Assembly (NCBI GenBank): GCA_000002445.1
Contig: CH464491.1
Coordinates: forward strand, 2,240,001 to 2,304,000
DNA from: Trypanosoma brucei
Taxonomy: Eukaryota
Direction: 5' to 3'
DNA length: 64,000 bases
The notes under the pieces were generated by a model, which was not told where the DNA came from, made no database searches, and saw only the letters and a list, made by a program, of their open reading frames with translations. The stretch's first letter is position 1. Each line of letters starts with the position of its first letter. A program made the translations under genes and the position numbers. Of the stretch, positions 31,985 through 43,050 are shown one piece after another.

Positions 31985-32476
31985 TTGATATATTAGTCTG
32001 GGAGCAATAACTTCAAGCACTCCGTTACATCTTTTTTTTCTCTTTGGAAGAGGAAGGAGTAGTAGTAAGTTGTTCCCCCTCCAATATCTGGATAAACTGT
32101 GTGTGTGTGTACATCGTTTCTCCACAGTTCCGTTTCTTATAACCCTCGGAGCGATGGGGTACTTTAAATTTTTTTCTGTTTCCCCCTTTTTTAATCACAC
32201 TTTTCACTGCTAAATCTTCTCCTTTTTCTTTTTTCATAGTATCTGCAGAAATCGCTTGAATCTAACTGTTTAGACGTAAAATTTTGAGTGTCAACAAAAC
32301 TATACTGCCATCTGGAGGGAGCACTGCAAAGAAGGGTGTTTGTAAGGAAAGCATTTTTCTCCACCTCCCTGATTGTGCCCACTGAGAGGAAAACAAAAGA
32401 AAAAACAAAGAGGAGGGCTCCTGCCTCGTTGTTAGCGGTACGCCAGAACGGACACTCGGACTTACAGTTGTAACTT

Positions 32477-34465
32477 ATGTCGTCAAAGAAGAAGGGCTCG
32501 AAGTTAAATGCGGCAGCCAATTCTACAACTGACATAAAGGGTCTGAACTTTTGTTCGGTTAAGGAGTACGGACAATTTAATAGCAACGAGTACAAAATAT
32601 TCGTAGCTCCCAACCGACCTCTTCAAAGTCGTTTAGTCAACCTCAACTCCCTTCGCCCACACGGCGCTGTTGGCTCTGCGGAACTGAGATCCCGTTTCCA
32701 CAGCCATCCCGTCCCCGAAAACGTAGTAAAAGATATTTTGACGTTGGTAAATGATGCGCAGAGTAGGGTGCACCGTTGCCCTGATTTCACTTTAGTAACT
32801 AGCGTGCGAGAAGCGATGGAGTCGCTACATTCTACTGCTTATGAGCAATGGTGGATGGATCACATAGCCAAAGGGTGTTTGAGTACCAACGCATACCCCT
32901 TTTCGTCTCTTCGCTTTGCGGCACCACATGAAAACTCGCAGGGTTGCTCAATGAATAGTAACTCTTCGGTACCTGATTCCTTGTCAGGGATTGCTGAAGC
33001 TATACAACGCATCCTCTTCGTATGCACACAATCCTCAAACAATGGTGACCAAGCAACTGAAAAGTTGTTGTTTCATTCCATTCGCAATGAAAAGGCATCA
33101 TTGAAAGAGTTGGTGTTGACAAGTTATAACAGCAACCACATTCTCGTTTGCTGTGGTCTGTACTTTTATCGACTGAATGTGCTTGATGAAAATGGTGTGG
33201 CTATTAATGTGGGTGACATCACGTCGTTGCTGCGTGCCGTGAAGGAGCATGCGGAAGCCACAGAAAAGGCACTCCGTGAGCAGTTGCTGCTCCCTGATGT
33301 CATGAATGACTTGGTTCAATTCCATCACATGTTAGGTTACATGAGCGAAATTGCCAATCCCGAGTGTGCGGCTCTGATGGATCGGTTGAGACGTGCAAAC
33401 TCTGTTAATGCAGCCGCTCTTGACATCATGGACTCCAGCATTTTTACTGTGGTGCTGCGAAACCCCTGTGAAGCTGGCTCCCCTCGTGCTAGATGGTACC
33501 GAACCGGCATGTTACTGGAGGAAGATGATGATGGAAGACTTCTTACTCTGCGGGCGCACACAATAATTACAGATCACACATCTCTTGTGGATTTCCTCAC
33601 GCAAGTGATAAATTGGAGGGATGAGCACGAACGACTTGGCAGGTCCAGTTGCTTATTGGGTAAAACAAAGGATGAATACTTTGTTTCCACTCCCAACGAG
33701 CCGGCTATGATTGAGCACTTGAACCTCTGGCTCCCATGGAAACATCGCAAACCCATGTGGCCATACCCACAAAAGAATGCCATGCCCAGCGTATTTCCTC
33801 TTGAGTTTACAACCCTGGGAGAGGGAGTAGTTACCTTTTCGTGCCTTTGCCTAGCCGCTGTGCTAGCAGTGCAGGAGGTGCTCACACCAAGCCACGGTTT
33901 CCCCACTGTTTTGGTTGCATTTCCCCACAAGCGAGGTGGCGTCTCTTCGGCGTTGCTTTATTCTAAAGTTGTGGAGGCTTTCATTCAATCTCTACGTAGT
34001 GAATCAGCTCTGGTTGAAGCGGTTACCGTGCGACACATGGCGCGTGCAGCGTTGCAAGCTCTGAATACTATAATAAATGCCTGTTTCAGTGAGCAATATC
34101 CCCTGTACACGATGGCGCAACTTCTTCTTTCTGAGGGAAAGGCGGAAGCAAAGGATGCCACTCATGATGGTGGTATGTTAGGTGCTGTGGATCTTGTACT
34201 ATCAATAGACCCTTTGAGTTGTGGCGGAGATATCCTCCACTCCGAGACTCAACTTGTAATGCCGACGCCATTTGCAATCCGCAGCGTGGGGAGGTGTACT
34301 CCCGGCGCAGCTCGGCAGCAAACGAATGTAAAACTGCCTTCCGCTCTTGAAGTGACCGATGCAGCACTTCTGCAGATGCCGGGAGCAGGGGAGTCATCCA
34401 CAGGCAGACGGCTCTCGGCGTGCATTTTAGAGAGAAGTCAGGTGTTGTTAACGCTGCTGAAATAG
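32477..34465 (+). CDS. hypothetical protein with weak similarity to the choline/carnitine O-acyltransferase family, 662 aa
   Basis: The start is ATG at 32477. 'RARWYRTGMLLEEDDDGRLLTLRAHTIITDHTSLVDF' resembles the 'RWFDKS...DG..G...EHSxxDG' catalytic-histidine region of carnitine/choline acyltransferases. 'LSIDPLSCGGD' sits near the position of the C-terminal STS/G-rich motif. The similarity is weak, so the function is uncertain. Confidence 0.5.
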   Translation: MSSKKKGSKLNAAANSTTDIKGLNFCSVKEYGQFNSNEYKIFVAPNRPLQSRLVNLNSLRPHGAVGSAELRSRFHSHPVPENVVKDILTLVNDAQSRVHRCPDFTLVTSVREAMESLHSTAYEQWWMDHIAKGCLSTNAYPFSSLRFAAPHENSQGCSMNSNSSVPDSLSGIAEAIQRILFVCTQSSNNGDQATEKLLFHSIRNEKASLKELVLTSYNSNHILVCCGLYFYRLNVLDENGVAINVGDITSLLRAVKEHAEATEKALREQLLLPDVMNDLVQFHHMLGYMSEIANPECAALMDRLRRANSVNAAALDIMDSSIFTVVLRNPCEAGSPRARWYRTGMLLEEDDDGRLLTLRAHTIITDHTSLVDFLTQVINWRDEHERLGRSSCLLGKTKDEYFVSTPNEPAMIEHLNLWLPWKHRKPMWPYPQKNAMPSVFPLEFTTLGEGVVTFSCLCLAAVLAVQEVLTPSHGFPTVLVAFPHKRGGVSSALLYSKVVEAFIQSLRSESALVEAVTVRHMARAALQALNTIINACFSEQYPLYTMAQLLLSEGKAEAKDATHDGGMLGAVDLVLSIDPLSCGGDILHSETQLVMPTPFAIRSVGRCTPGAARQQTNVKLPSALEVTDAALLQMPGAGESSTGRRLSACILERSQVLLTLLK

Positions 34466-34811
34466 TAACAATTTTGTGTCTTTCTTGTCTGGGTTTTGCG
34501 TGTAATGTGTGTGTTGGGGGATAGATAAAATGTGCAAGTGTGGTAGTGAGGGGTAATTCTTTCTCCAGTCCCTCACACTTTAACCATCACGGCCAGCTAC
34601 TCTCTGTGGAACGTTTGGTTTCACCTGTACGTAGAGTTGTATTTTTATGTATAATAATATATTGTTGATGTACACAAGGTGATGGCCGTATTGAAGAATA
34701 ATGGAGACCCTTTCTAACATTTCCTTTCACACTTTCCCAGTATTTGGCATTTGTTTTGGTGGATAAAAAGAGCCCACCTCCATGCGGAAATTGTGCTCGT
34801 GATGTGTGTGC

Positions 34812-34833
34812 ATATATATATATATATATATAT
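34812..34833. repeat. (AT)11 microsatellite
   Basis: Seen directly. Confidence 0.85.
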
Positions 34834-35427
34834 GCTCTCTACCGTCCACACTATTTTGTGTGTCATGTGATGTGTCTGTATGTGTGATTGTGATCGTAGT
34901 GAGTGGAGAATAGATTATGATGAAACAGATACGGCATGAGCGCTTCTCTTTTCCGCACCGTTTCCCTCCTATACATTTACTGTTATTTCATTCATTTTCA
35001 CACTTAGTGGGAGTACGCGTTCTCACTTTTTATTTTTTTGTTCACTGTGCTTGGCGTCAACATTGCCTCTGCGTCTTTGAACCTCGGTCTACGTCCTCTT
35101 CTGTCATTTCTCATACATTCTTTGATTTTTTTTTGTTGGTGTGTGTACTCTTACACTTCCTTATTGACTTGTCGGTTCATATATGAACGTACACGCACAT
35201 ATATATATGTATATATATTCATTTACTTAGCAGTGATCTGTCATTGGTGAAGTTCAATAGCTTTCCCATTAGTACGTGGAGGGATCCGGAAGAAGGGAGG
35301 GAACCCGAACGTATTTATTACCATTACATCAACCAACTAACAAGGTAGTGCAGCGTCTGAAGCTTCCATTCTTTATTATTATTGTTATTTGCTCGAAGGT
35401 TGTGATACGGTAAACTTTTTTCCTCAT

Positions 35428-36594
35428 ATGTCGACGCTAGCTTCTGCTTTGCCACTTCTGGCAACAAAAAACGTTCTTTGCGGCGTGACTGGCAGCACCA
35501 TACAATTCTTTTGTGATCTGACTAGAGATTACGGCCCCACTTCGACAAAAAAGAGTGTGATTATTGCATCATCGTGCGGCAATAGACCAATAGGCACTAC
35601 AGGAGCCCACATTGTTCTCAACGTATTCTTTGCAAAGGAAACGAAACCACAATTAGATGAAGATACTTTGGCTCCACTGCGAACGAGGGAAGTTTTTGGA
35701 CTGTATTGCTACCGGAGTGTGGTTGGGGAGAAAATACTTTGCATTGAGGTTGATTTCAACGATGTGGGTACCAAAAAGGTTGGTAAGGGCCGAGGCACTG
35801 TGCTTGCCACTAGCAGAGGATGCAGACCATTGGGAAACACAGGGATTTATTGTAGCTTCAACTGCTTACGGTCCCTTGGAGCACCATCAAACCTTTCGGA
35901 ATTATCTTCCGTCTTTCAGCCCTCCACCCATCCTGTTGGCGAGAAGGTTGATTTAGGGAATGGTTTCATAATGAACGTGGAGAGCTCAACACAGATAACC
36001 ATCGTATACGAGTGCGGTCGCGACGAGATGTGTGACACGGTGCGGCTCAGGCCGTATTTACTCAATGGAGTAATTAACCTCAACATGTGTATTCGGTGCG
36101 GGGTGAAACGAAACGCAGCATATGAGAATGAGAGCAGTAAAAAAAGAACTCTCCTTTTGAGTAATTCCTCCGTCTTTGCCAAACCATCTCTAACTGCACG
36201 AAATGCCAAGGCACGATATACTGTGACACCAGGGGTAAATACTGAGCGAATCCGTCTCGAGGTGCGGTTTGATCCGACATATATTCATTACAATGGAGGT
36301 TGGAATGAACCAATCATTGTGTCCAATACGGGCGGTTGGGTCACTCTGGAAGATGGCGTTATGTTTACTTTTTGTGCGCATAGGTCGCCAGTATCACTTG
36401 CATCCGATACCGTAGTAGATGCTGTTAGGGAGGTGCTTGGAGGGTTTTCACCGGAAGAGCTGGCGTACCTACGCTTTAAAGAGGTTTATCGGAAGGTTTT
36501 TGAAAAAGTTGGGACTGCCAATGCGGAGGAAGATGATATGAAGGAGGAAGTGAGGTTGGCGATAATTAGTCATTTTCATAGGAGGGCGTTTTGA
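35428..36594 (+). CDS. hypothetical protein with an internal duplication, 388 aa
   Basis: The track ORF starts at TTG 35389, and the first ATG is 35428 (MSTLASA). Two similar segments are present ('SCGNRPIGTTGAHIVLNVFF' and 'SRGCRPLGNTGIYCSFNCL'), suggesting an internal repeat. No known family is recognised. Confidence 0.5.
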   Translation: MSTLASALPLLATKNVLCGVTGSTIQFFCDLTRDYGPTSTKKSVIIASSCGNRPIGTTGAHIVLNVFFAKETKPQLDEDTLAPLRTREVFGLYCYRSVVGEKILCIEVDFNDVGTKKVGKGRGTVLATSRGCRPLGNTGIYCSFNCLRSLGAPSNLSELSSVFQPSTHPVGEKVDLGNGFIMNVESSTQITIVYECGRDEMCDTVRLRPYLLNGVINLNMCIRCGVKRNAAYENESSKKRTLLLSNSSVFAKPSLTARNAKARYTVTPGVNTERIRLEVRFDPTYIHYNGGWNEPIIVSNTGGWVTLEDGVMFTFCAHRSPVSLASDTVVDAVREVLGGFSPEELAYLRFKEVYRKVFEKVGTANAEEDDMKEEVRLAIISHFHRRAF

Positions 36595-37080
36595 CTTCCC
36601 TTTGCATTCCAGCGACGGTAACTGTCGGCATGCATACAAACGCAAACGCAAACGTGCTCACACAAATGAGTCTCCGTATATGTGTACGTTAATGCTTGTG
36701 TTGAAATGGGGAGAGCAAAAGCAAAAGGGAAAAGAAGAGAAGGTGTGGGTTTTCTCAGAGGGAAATTAGGTTAAAATTTTTTTTTAAAAAGGGAGAGGAA
36801 AAGGGGGAGAGGGAGGTGTAATAAAAGGTAATGCGAGTCTAGCAAGTATCATATATTCGAACGTTGGCGTCCGTAAGCTCATTGGTTAACCCACAGGACC
36901 GGGGCGGCGTACCTCATTGTTCCATAATTCTGTTGGGCTGCCTTTCTTCTTTTTCATTTGTATGCGTTTTCGATTTTCTTCTCTGTTTATTCTTTTAAAA
37001 GTTTCGTTAGTTTATTCCTCCATTATTTTTCTAGTTCAAATGGTGCTCTTTGTAACGTTGTTTGTGTCTCAGTCCTTCAG

Positions 37081-37103
37081 ATATATATATATATATATAT
37101 TAT
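37081..37103. repeat. (AT)11 microsatellite
   Basis: Seen directly. Confidence 0.85.
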
Positions 37104-38321
37104 GTACTTGATCCCCTTCCACCACAACATGCTCGTGTATTCGGCGGGAGAAATAAGTTAGAGTAAAAGAGGAGAACCAGAGGAAACGGTCGGCGACAAC
37201 ACTGTTTTTTTTTGTTGCTTGCTTTGAGTAAAAATGATAATAATAATATAATAATAATAAGTAAAAAAAATGAAGGGAGAAGGGAGGGAAACCGTAAATG
37301 CGTTTATACATTTAAGTTTGTCCTTCACTGCAGCAAGCATCCAATGGTCACTGTTCCTGCTCTTTGCTTAAACATTTATTTATTTATTTCTCCATTACTA
37401 TCGTTGTGGGAAGGGAAAGAAAAAGGTGGAAAATGATATTAAAGGTAGACAGTGAGTGAAACTGGGAACTTCTACGACTTTGAGTGAAAACTTAGCGTAA
37501 TGCCCCACTGAACTGATACCGTTTATTATGTCCACCTAGTGGAGAAGAGAATGAAAGGCATTAATTACTGCTGCAACTGGGGTAAGTTTTGCTCTTTTTT
37601 GAATGATGTATGGGATGAATTAGTGGGTTGATGAGCATTGCTTTCGTTAAATTAAAAAAAAAAATGCTGCAATTCCTTTAAGATCCCACCCACCAAATGA
37701 ATTAGTTGTTAGCATGACTTGACGAGTGCGTGCGATCAAAATAACGATACGATATTCCAGCATGCGTATTTGTACAATTGATCAGTGGTTTGCCACCGCC
37801 AGTTACTTTTTTCCCCCTCTGCGCGTGTGGCCGGTGGGGAAAGGCATGAGATTTCTGCGGTGATGCAGTTGGATAATGCGGCGTGCCAAACTTTTTCTAT
37901 CAAATTTATATTTAAGTATTGCGTACATCTTTACCAAAAGTGGCTCAGGTACCCGAGAGGCATACGCGTATTTGTAATCTAAAATGACTTGTTTATCCTT
38001 TTATTTTTTTTTTTTGGTGCTTCACGCATTTTATCAGGGGTGCACTGTAATCACTGGCATTTTACTTTTTTTTTAAAAAAAAAACATAAACAGATGGGAC
38101 AAACATTGCCTTCTTGCTCCCATAAGTTTTAGTTTGTGACTAAGTTGGGCGTGGAAAAAAAAAAACAACTGAGGATTTACGATAGAATCGGATAGAAATA
38201 CAACAGGAGGAGGGAAATAGAGGGAAGGGGATAACATTACATAACAGGTACAGATATCAAAAGTAAATAAGGCATAACAAATAGGCGAGTGTGACGGAAA
38301 CACATTTGAGGTATTGATAAA

Positions 38322-39626
38322 ATGATGATGCGAGTGGTAGGTAAGGGGAAAAAAACAAAAGAGGTGAAAAAGAGCCGTGAGGCGTCTTCGGAGAAAAAAA
38401 TCCCGTCTCCTTTGGAAGTGGAGGGAGCTCAAGACGTGCCAAACGCCAACAATGTCCGTTACATCCTTCACAACCAATGGTCATTGACGTTGCTTGTGGA
38501 TATCTATGAGACGGAACGGCTTACGCAAATAGCTGTTGCCAATGGCGCAGCAATAGGGGACCTTCCTGTTCAGTTAAATCTGTCCGTATGGGCCCTCAAG
38601 AAAATGGGTGTGGGGAAATCCAGTCAGTCCCTTAGTGGATTATCAACGGAGTTGGTTGATGCCGGAAAAAATGTAAAGTGGATGTTGGGCGGGAGACTGC
38701 TGAAAATGGTTATTGATTTATCCGAGGGGCCCGAGTGCAGTGCATCAGCGGAACCGGGAAGATACACTTCACTTGCATCGATGAAACAGAGTTCGAAGTT
38801 GGGTGAGTCAAACTACAGAGTGACCGTAGACCTGTTGTGTGAAGGTGGTAATAAGTGGCCCGTATTTGGCACACCCGAGTCAACATGCAACACATCAGGG
38901 GACTCATCGCCAACAAGTATAGTCCCCCGTGCGTTAAAATTTAGCCTGTCTCCCGTCACCACGAGAGAAGCTAGTGCTTCATTAGACCAATCTGTCCTCA
39001 TGCAGCTGAATGAGTTTACCACGTTGGATACCAGTAGGTTTCCTGTTGTGAAATTATGCCTCAGCATGGAAGGGGAGAAGGGCCGAATTGTACATTTTGC
39101 GGAGCGCATATTTTCAGGGATAGGCGTAAGTGTGGACGTGCGGTGCTTGAGTGATGAGGAATTATCTCCTGAGGCCCGCAGAGAGCCAGGGACTGGAGTG
39201 AACATAACTGCTTTTGAAGAGCACGACAGTGAGGGGAGAGAATACCTTTTTATCGAGTTAGACTCTAGCAAGGATTACGGTGCAGTGGGCGACGACGAAC
39301 GGATAATTAGTAATGCAAATCACGTGCGCGTCGGGTCTCGTTACCTGCTGAACTTCACAGCTACGCGCCCAGCACCGCGACTGCCGGATTTTGCAGAGGT
39401 GTATAGAAGTGTTCGCGACCACCTTCACCAGTTGCCCAATGCATTGAACAACCTCAACATGCCGAGCGTGCGGGCTGCTGTAGTGAAAGATTTGGTCCAA
39501 CATGTGGCTTCGCGGGAGTTGAAAAACATGATTTGGGAGGCTGTTCGTTTGTATATTATTAGGGACTACCTGGAAGCTGATCAACGGAGTATCTCAACAT
39601 CTCCTATAGTGATTCGAACCCTTTGA
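38322..39626 (+). CDS. hypothetical protein, 434 aa
   Basis: The start is ATG at 38322. The ORF is long and co-directional with a Lys-rich N-terminus. I recognise no motif. Confidence 0.5.
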   Translation: MMMRVVGKGKKTKEVKKSREASSEKKIPSPLEVEGAQDVPNANNVRYILHNQWSLTLLVDIYETERLTQIAVANGAAIGDLPVQLNLSVWALKKMGVGKSSQSLSGLSTELVDAGKNVKWMLGGRLLKMVIDLSEGPECSASAEPGRYTSLASMKQSSKLGESNYRVTVDLLCEGGNKWPVFGTPESTCNTSGDSSPTSIVPRALKFSLSPVTTREASASLDQSVLMQLNEFTTLDTSRFPVVKLCLSMEGEKGRIVHFAERIFSGIGVSVDVRCLSDEELSPEARREPGTGVNITAFEEHDSEGREYLFIELDSSKDYGAVGDDERIISNANHVRVGSRYLLNFTATRPAPRLPDFAEVYRSVRDHLHQLPNALNNLNMPSVRAAVVKDLVQHVASRELKNMIWEAVRLYIIRDYLEADQRSISTSPIVIRTL

Positions 39627-40690
39627 GTAACGTTTCTCTTCACCACAAGCACTTATGTTGTCGTTTTTATTTGTGGTTGTACGTGTTTGTTAGAAGAAAT
39701 TATATCTGTGCGAGGGATTTAGTTATTGCTCGCAGCCGAGCGTTTGTACGTTTTGACGTGCGTCGCAGCGGTGCTCAGAGGTGGGGTCCCTCCTACACTT
39801 TCCTCTAAAAAGGAAAATTATCCACTGAAACTTTGACTTGTATATTAGCTGCGAATATCCACGTGGCTATTCTCGGAAGGAGGAGAGTGGGGGAGCAAAT
39901 GCACCGTATCATTTTCCGTCCCATTTTTTTTTTTCAATCTTCTTCACCTTCCCTTTTGTTTGTTGTGATGCTGCTGCAGGGATGTCTGTGTGACACTGAT
40001 GTGTTGTGCTTCTTCAAACAGACTTTAAGAAAATGAGCAAGCAGATAAATTTACATTCATTTATGCACCCGTGGTTACACTTGTACATTTATTTATTTCC
40101 AAAAAATATAAATACATGAATCGCATACAAGTGTGTTTGTATGCACCTGCAGGCTTTGGGAGGAAGAAGGGAGGAGGGGAAAGTTGGCAGCGACTGTTGC
40201 TGCTGTTGGCTCTGCCTTTCTATTTTTTCAAAGTTCCTTCGGTTTGGCGGTGGAACTCCGCCGTTCTCCATTGTTTTTCCCTTTACTTTCCAATTGTTTT
40301 CGAATCATAGTCCTCGTTTCTTTCTTCCCGCTCCTCCCACCTGTGACGTTTCTTTTTGAGAGCCGTGACAAGGCCGAATCTACCGGGAAAACTTCTTCTT
40401 TTCTTTGTTTCTTTCTTTTGCGACTTCAGCACCTGCGACACCCCCAAATATATATATATATATACACAATTGGAGTAAATTAAAACTATTTTTAACACCC
40501 TCAGGAAAAAAGAAGAAACGGGATCAGCAAACGGAGGATCAACTTTACGCTGTGTTTCTGAGATCGGAGGTCAGTTACAAGACCAAAAAAGTAAGAGGGG
40601 AAGGAAAAGTACATTTCGCACGCACACATCATCTTATATATTTATATTCATTTATATATAAAGCACTGAAGGATACTGTTGAGAACGTAT

Positions 40691-41995
40691 ATGCGTGTAG
40701 GAGGATATATGGGTACTTCCGAAGAGGATGGAAATACGGAGCTTTCCGTGAACGGCTCTTTGGATGGTGAAAAATCCATGGGCTTTCGCTGCCTAAAATG
40801 CGTCGGTGAAATTAGTACGTGGACGAAACTGACGAAACACCTGGACACGAGCTGGCACTACTCTGCTGCATGCGTTGAGTGCGGGAAGAAACACAGTTAC
40901 TTTGGTTCGTCACAGCCACACCGACACGAGATGAGCACCAAACATCGCGGATTCCTTGGCATATTCCATGAAAGAAACGACTACAAGATCGACCATCCGA
41001 TGGTACTTACGCGGGATCAGTATCGCTGCCATTGTGGCACATCATTCTTGTGTGTCCTGCATCTTGCCATTCATCTTCGCGACGAGCATCATAACCAATA
41101 CATCCCAAAGACGGTGAAATGTCTCACTTGCCAGGAGGAAGGCATGCTGGATGAGATGGCGGAACACTGGACGACAAAAAAAAGTGAAAACCGGAAAGGG
41201 CGGGGCTTACGATCGAAAAGGGGAACAGGTCCATGCGATGAAGGAGGGGTGCCGAAGGATTGTGAATTCGAAGTTGAAGGTTTCGGAGTGGATCAATTCC
41301 TCGTCCCATTCCCCAAGCGCCCACCTCGCAGCCCAAACGGGAGTCAATATGTCATTTTGTATCAGTGCCCGACTTGTCGACTTTTGTTTGATGAGTGGGC
41401 GGACATCCGGCAACATATTGAGGAATCAAACCACGTCCACGGACTTCCACCGGCACTTCTCCGTCGCCGAATAGAAAGAAGGGTTGGTTTAATAGAGCAG
41501 GGCTCGACCGGATATGGGCAGGTGGACTATCGGACAGCGGGAAATCGCTCGGCGGTTCGATACCTTAAAGAATTACTTGAAGTGTTTGCTGATATCAATA
41601 ACCCTGCCGTGAGGGAGCTTTTGTACAGATATGCCCCCACCAACAAAAATGTCGATCCGGATGATGAAGAAGTATTTGGTTACCAATGCCCCCTCGAGGA
41701 GTGCTCACAAGCCTTTCTAACCTATGGCGAGTTTCGAAGTCACATGAAAAGTACAAAACACCAAACGGAATGTAATATCGACCCGGTAACGGGAAAGCCG
41801 TGGCTCCCTTCGTGGGAGTCAAATCCGTACGCCTTTGAGGTGACCTTCACCATGAGACAATTGGTTGAAGTGTTTGGCTACCGCAAATGCGGGGAGTGCA
41901 ACCGCCCTTACAGGCCAGGAGAGGAACATTATCACTACCAAATGCACCACTTCACCGAAAAAATTGATTTCCGAATCCTGGAATCCACTCTGTAA
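40691..41995 (+). CDS. multi-C2H2 (U1/matrin-like) zinc-finger protein, ~434 aa with about 7 fingers
   Basis: The track ORF starts at TTG 40679, and the first ATG is 40691 (second at 40709). Fingers include FRCLKCVGEISTWTKLTKHLDTSWH, CVECGKKHSYFGSSQPHRHEMSTKH, YRCHCGTSFLCVLHLAIHLRDEHH, VKCLTCQEE...EHW, YQCPTCRLLFDEWADIRQHIEESNHVH, YQCPLEECSQAFLTYGEFRSHMKSTKH and CGECNRPYRPGEEHYHYQMHH. Confidence 0.75.
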   Translation: MRVGGYMGTSEEDGNTELSVNGSLDGEKSMGFRCLKCVGEISTWTKLTKHLDTSWHYSAACVECGKKHSYFGSSQPHRHEMSTKHRGFLGIFHERNDYKIDHPMVLTRDQYRCHCGTSFLCVLHLAIHLRDEHHNQYIPKTVKCLTCQEEGMLDEMAEHWTTKKSENRKGRGLRSKRGTGPCDEGGVPKDCEFEVEGFGVDQFLVPFPKRPPRSPNGSQYVILYQCPTCRLLFDEWADIRQHIEESNHVHGLPPALLRRRIERRVGLIEQGSTGYGQVDYRTAGNRSAVRYLKELLEVFADINNPAVRELLYRYAPTNKNVDPDDEEVFGYQCPLEECSQAFLTYGEFRSHMKSTKHQTECNIDPVTGKPWLPSWESNPYAFEVTFTMRQLVEVFGYRKCGECNRPYRPGEEHYHYQMHHFTEKIDFRILESTL

Positions 41996-42370
41996 AGAAA
42001 CATTTCTTTATGCCACGAAGAGTTTAACATGTACTGGAAAGAGGAGAAGAACGAAGATGAACGAGACGTTGAAATTTACGAGGATTATCATAATCAATAA
42101 TATTTTGCGCCTTTCTTTTTAAGGAAGAAAAGAAAAAGAAGGCAGAGTCCGTCGCATTAAGTATCTGACGTGGATAGATTGTACGAGCACACATAAAGGA
42201 GATGAGACTACGCCGATTTAACTTTTTTTAATCTTCAACGACCCCGGGAAGGTAAGTGAAACAGATAGTTTTTCACCCCTTTTTTCTTTTTTTTTCTTCT
42301 TGTTGCTTTGTTTTGTCTAGAGAGGAATGATATAAAAGGAAGGATAGAGGGGAACAGGAGAGCGTGTATT

Positions 42371-42405
42371 TGTATGTGTGTGTATGTGTGTGTGTGTGTG
42401 TGTGT
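42371..42405. repeat. imperfect (TG)n microsatellite
   Basis: tgtatgtgtgtgtatgtgtgtgtgtgtgtgtgtg seen directly. Confidence 0.85.
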
Positions 42406-42967
42406 TAAATGTATGCGGAGAAGGAATGAGTAGCTGAAATGCGGAGATTATTCCGTGGGAATTTTTATCCGAAACGAAGATAAATGCAAAACACCCCGCC
42501 CTTACCTGCTCCCCTCTTTTGAATTTTTCCTCTCTTTTTTTTTTCCTTCTTTCTACAATATGTTACATTCCTTTTTTTTTTTCTTTTAGGCCCTGCGCTG
42601 CCAAACCCGTATTTCATTTTATGTATGTGTTGTGTGTTTCTCACTGTGACGTGGCCGGGAAGGACTAAAGTAACTGCGAGAAGGAACTAATAATAAAAGA
42701 GCCTAAAAAAGGCTTCGGAAATCGGACCTCGCCAGGCGCTGAGGCCGCGTTTTTCTTTCTTTTTTTTCCTTTTATATTTTTGTTTTTGGTTTTGTTCGGT
42801 CGGACTCGATGGCCAAAACTCAAGCGGACAATACGCCGAGGGCCGCGTCCTCCCTCTTCCATTCCCTTTGGCAGTCGGGCGTTCAAACCGTCACTTGACA
42901 CTGTTTCGACAATTAAACATAGCCTTCAGTTTCTTTTTCTAAGTTTGTAACCTCCTGTTGTAACTTC

Positions 42968-43050
42968 ATTTTCTTTTTTCTTTTTTCTTTTTTCTTTTTG
43001 TTCCCTTCCCTTCCCTTTTCTTCCCTTTTCTCTTCCTTTTCCTTTTCTTC
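42968..43050 (+). repeat. pyrimidine repeat block: (TTTTTTC)n followed by (TTCCC)n
   Basis: ttttcttttttcttttttcttttttctttttg is followed by ttcccttcccttcccttttcttcccttttctcttccttttccttttcttc. Confidence 0.6.
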
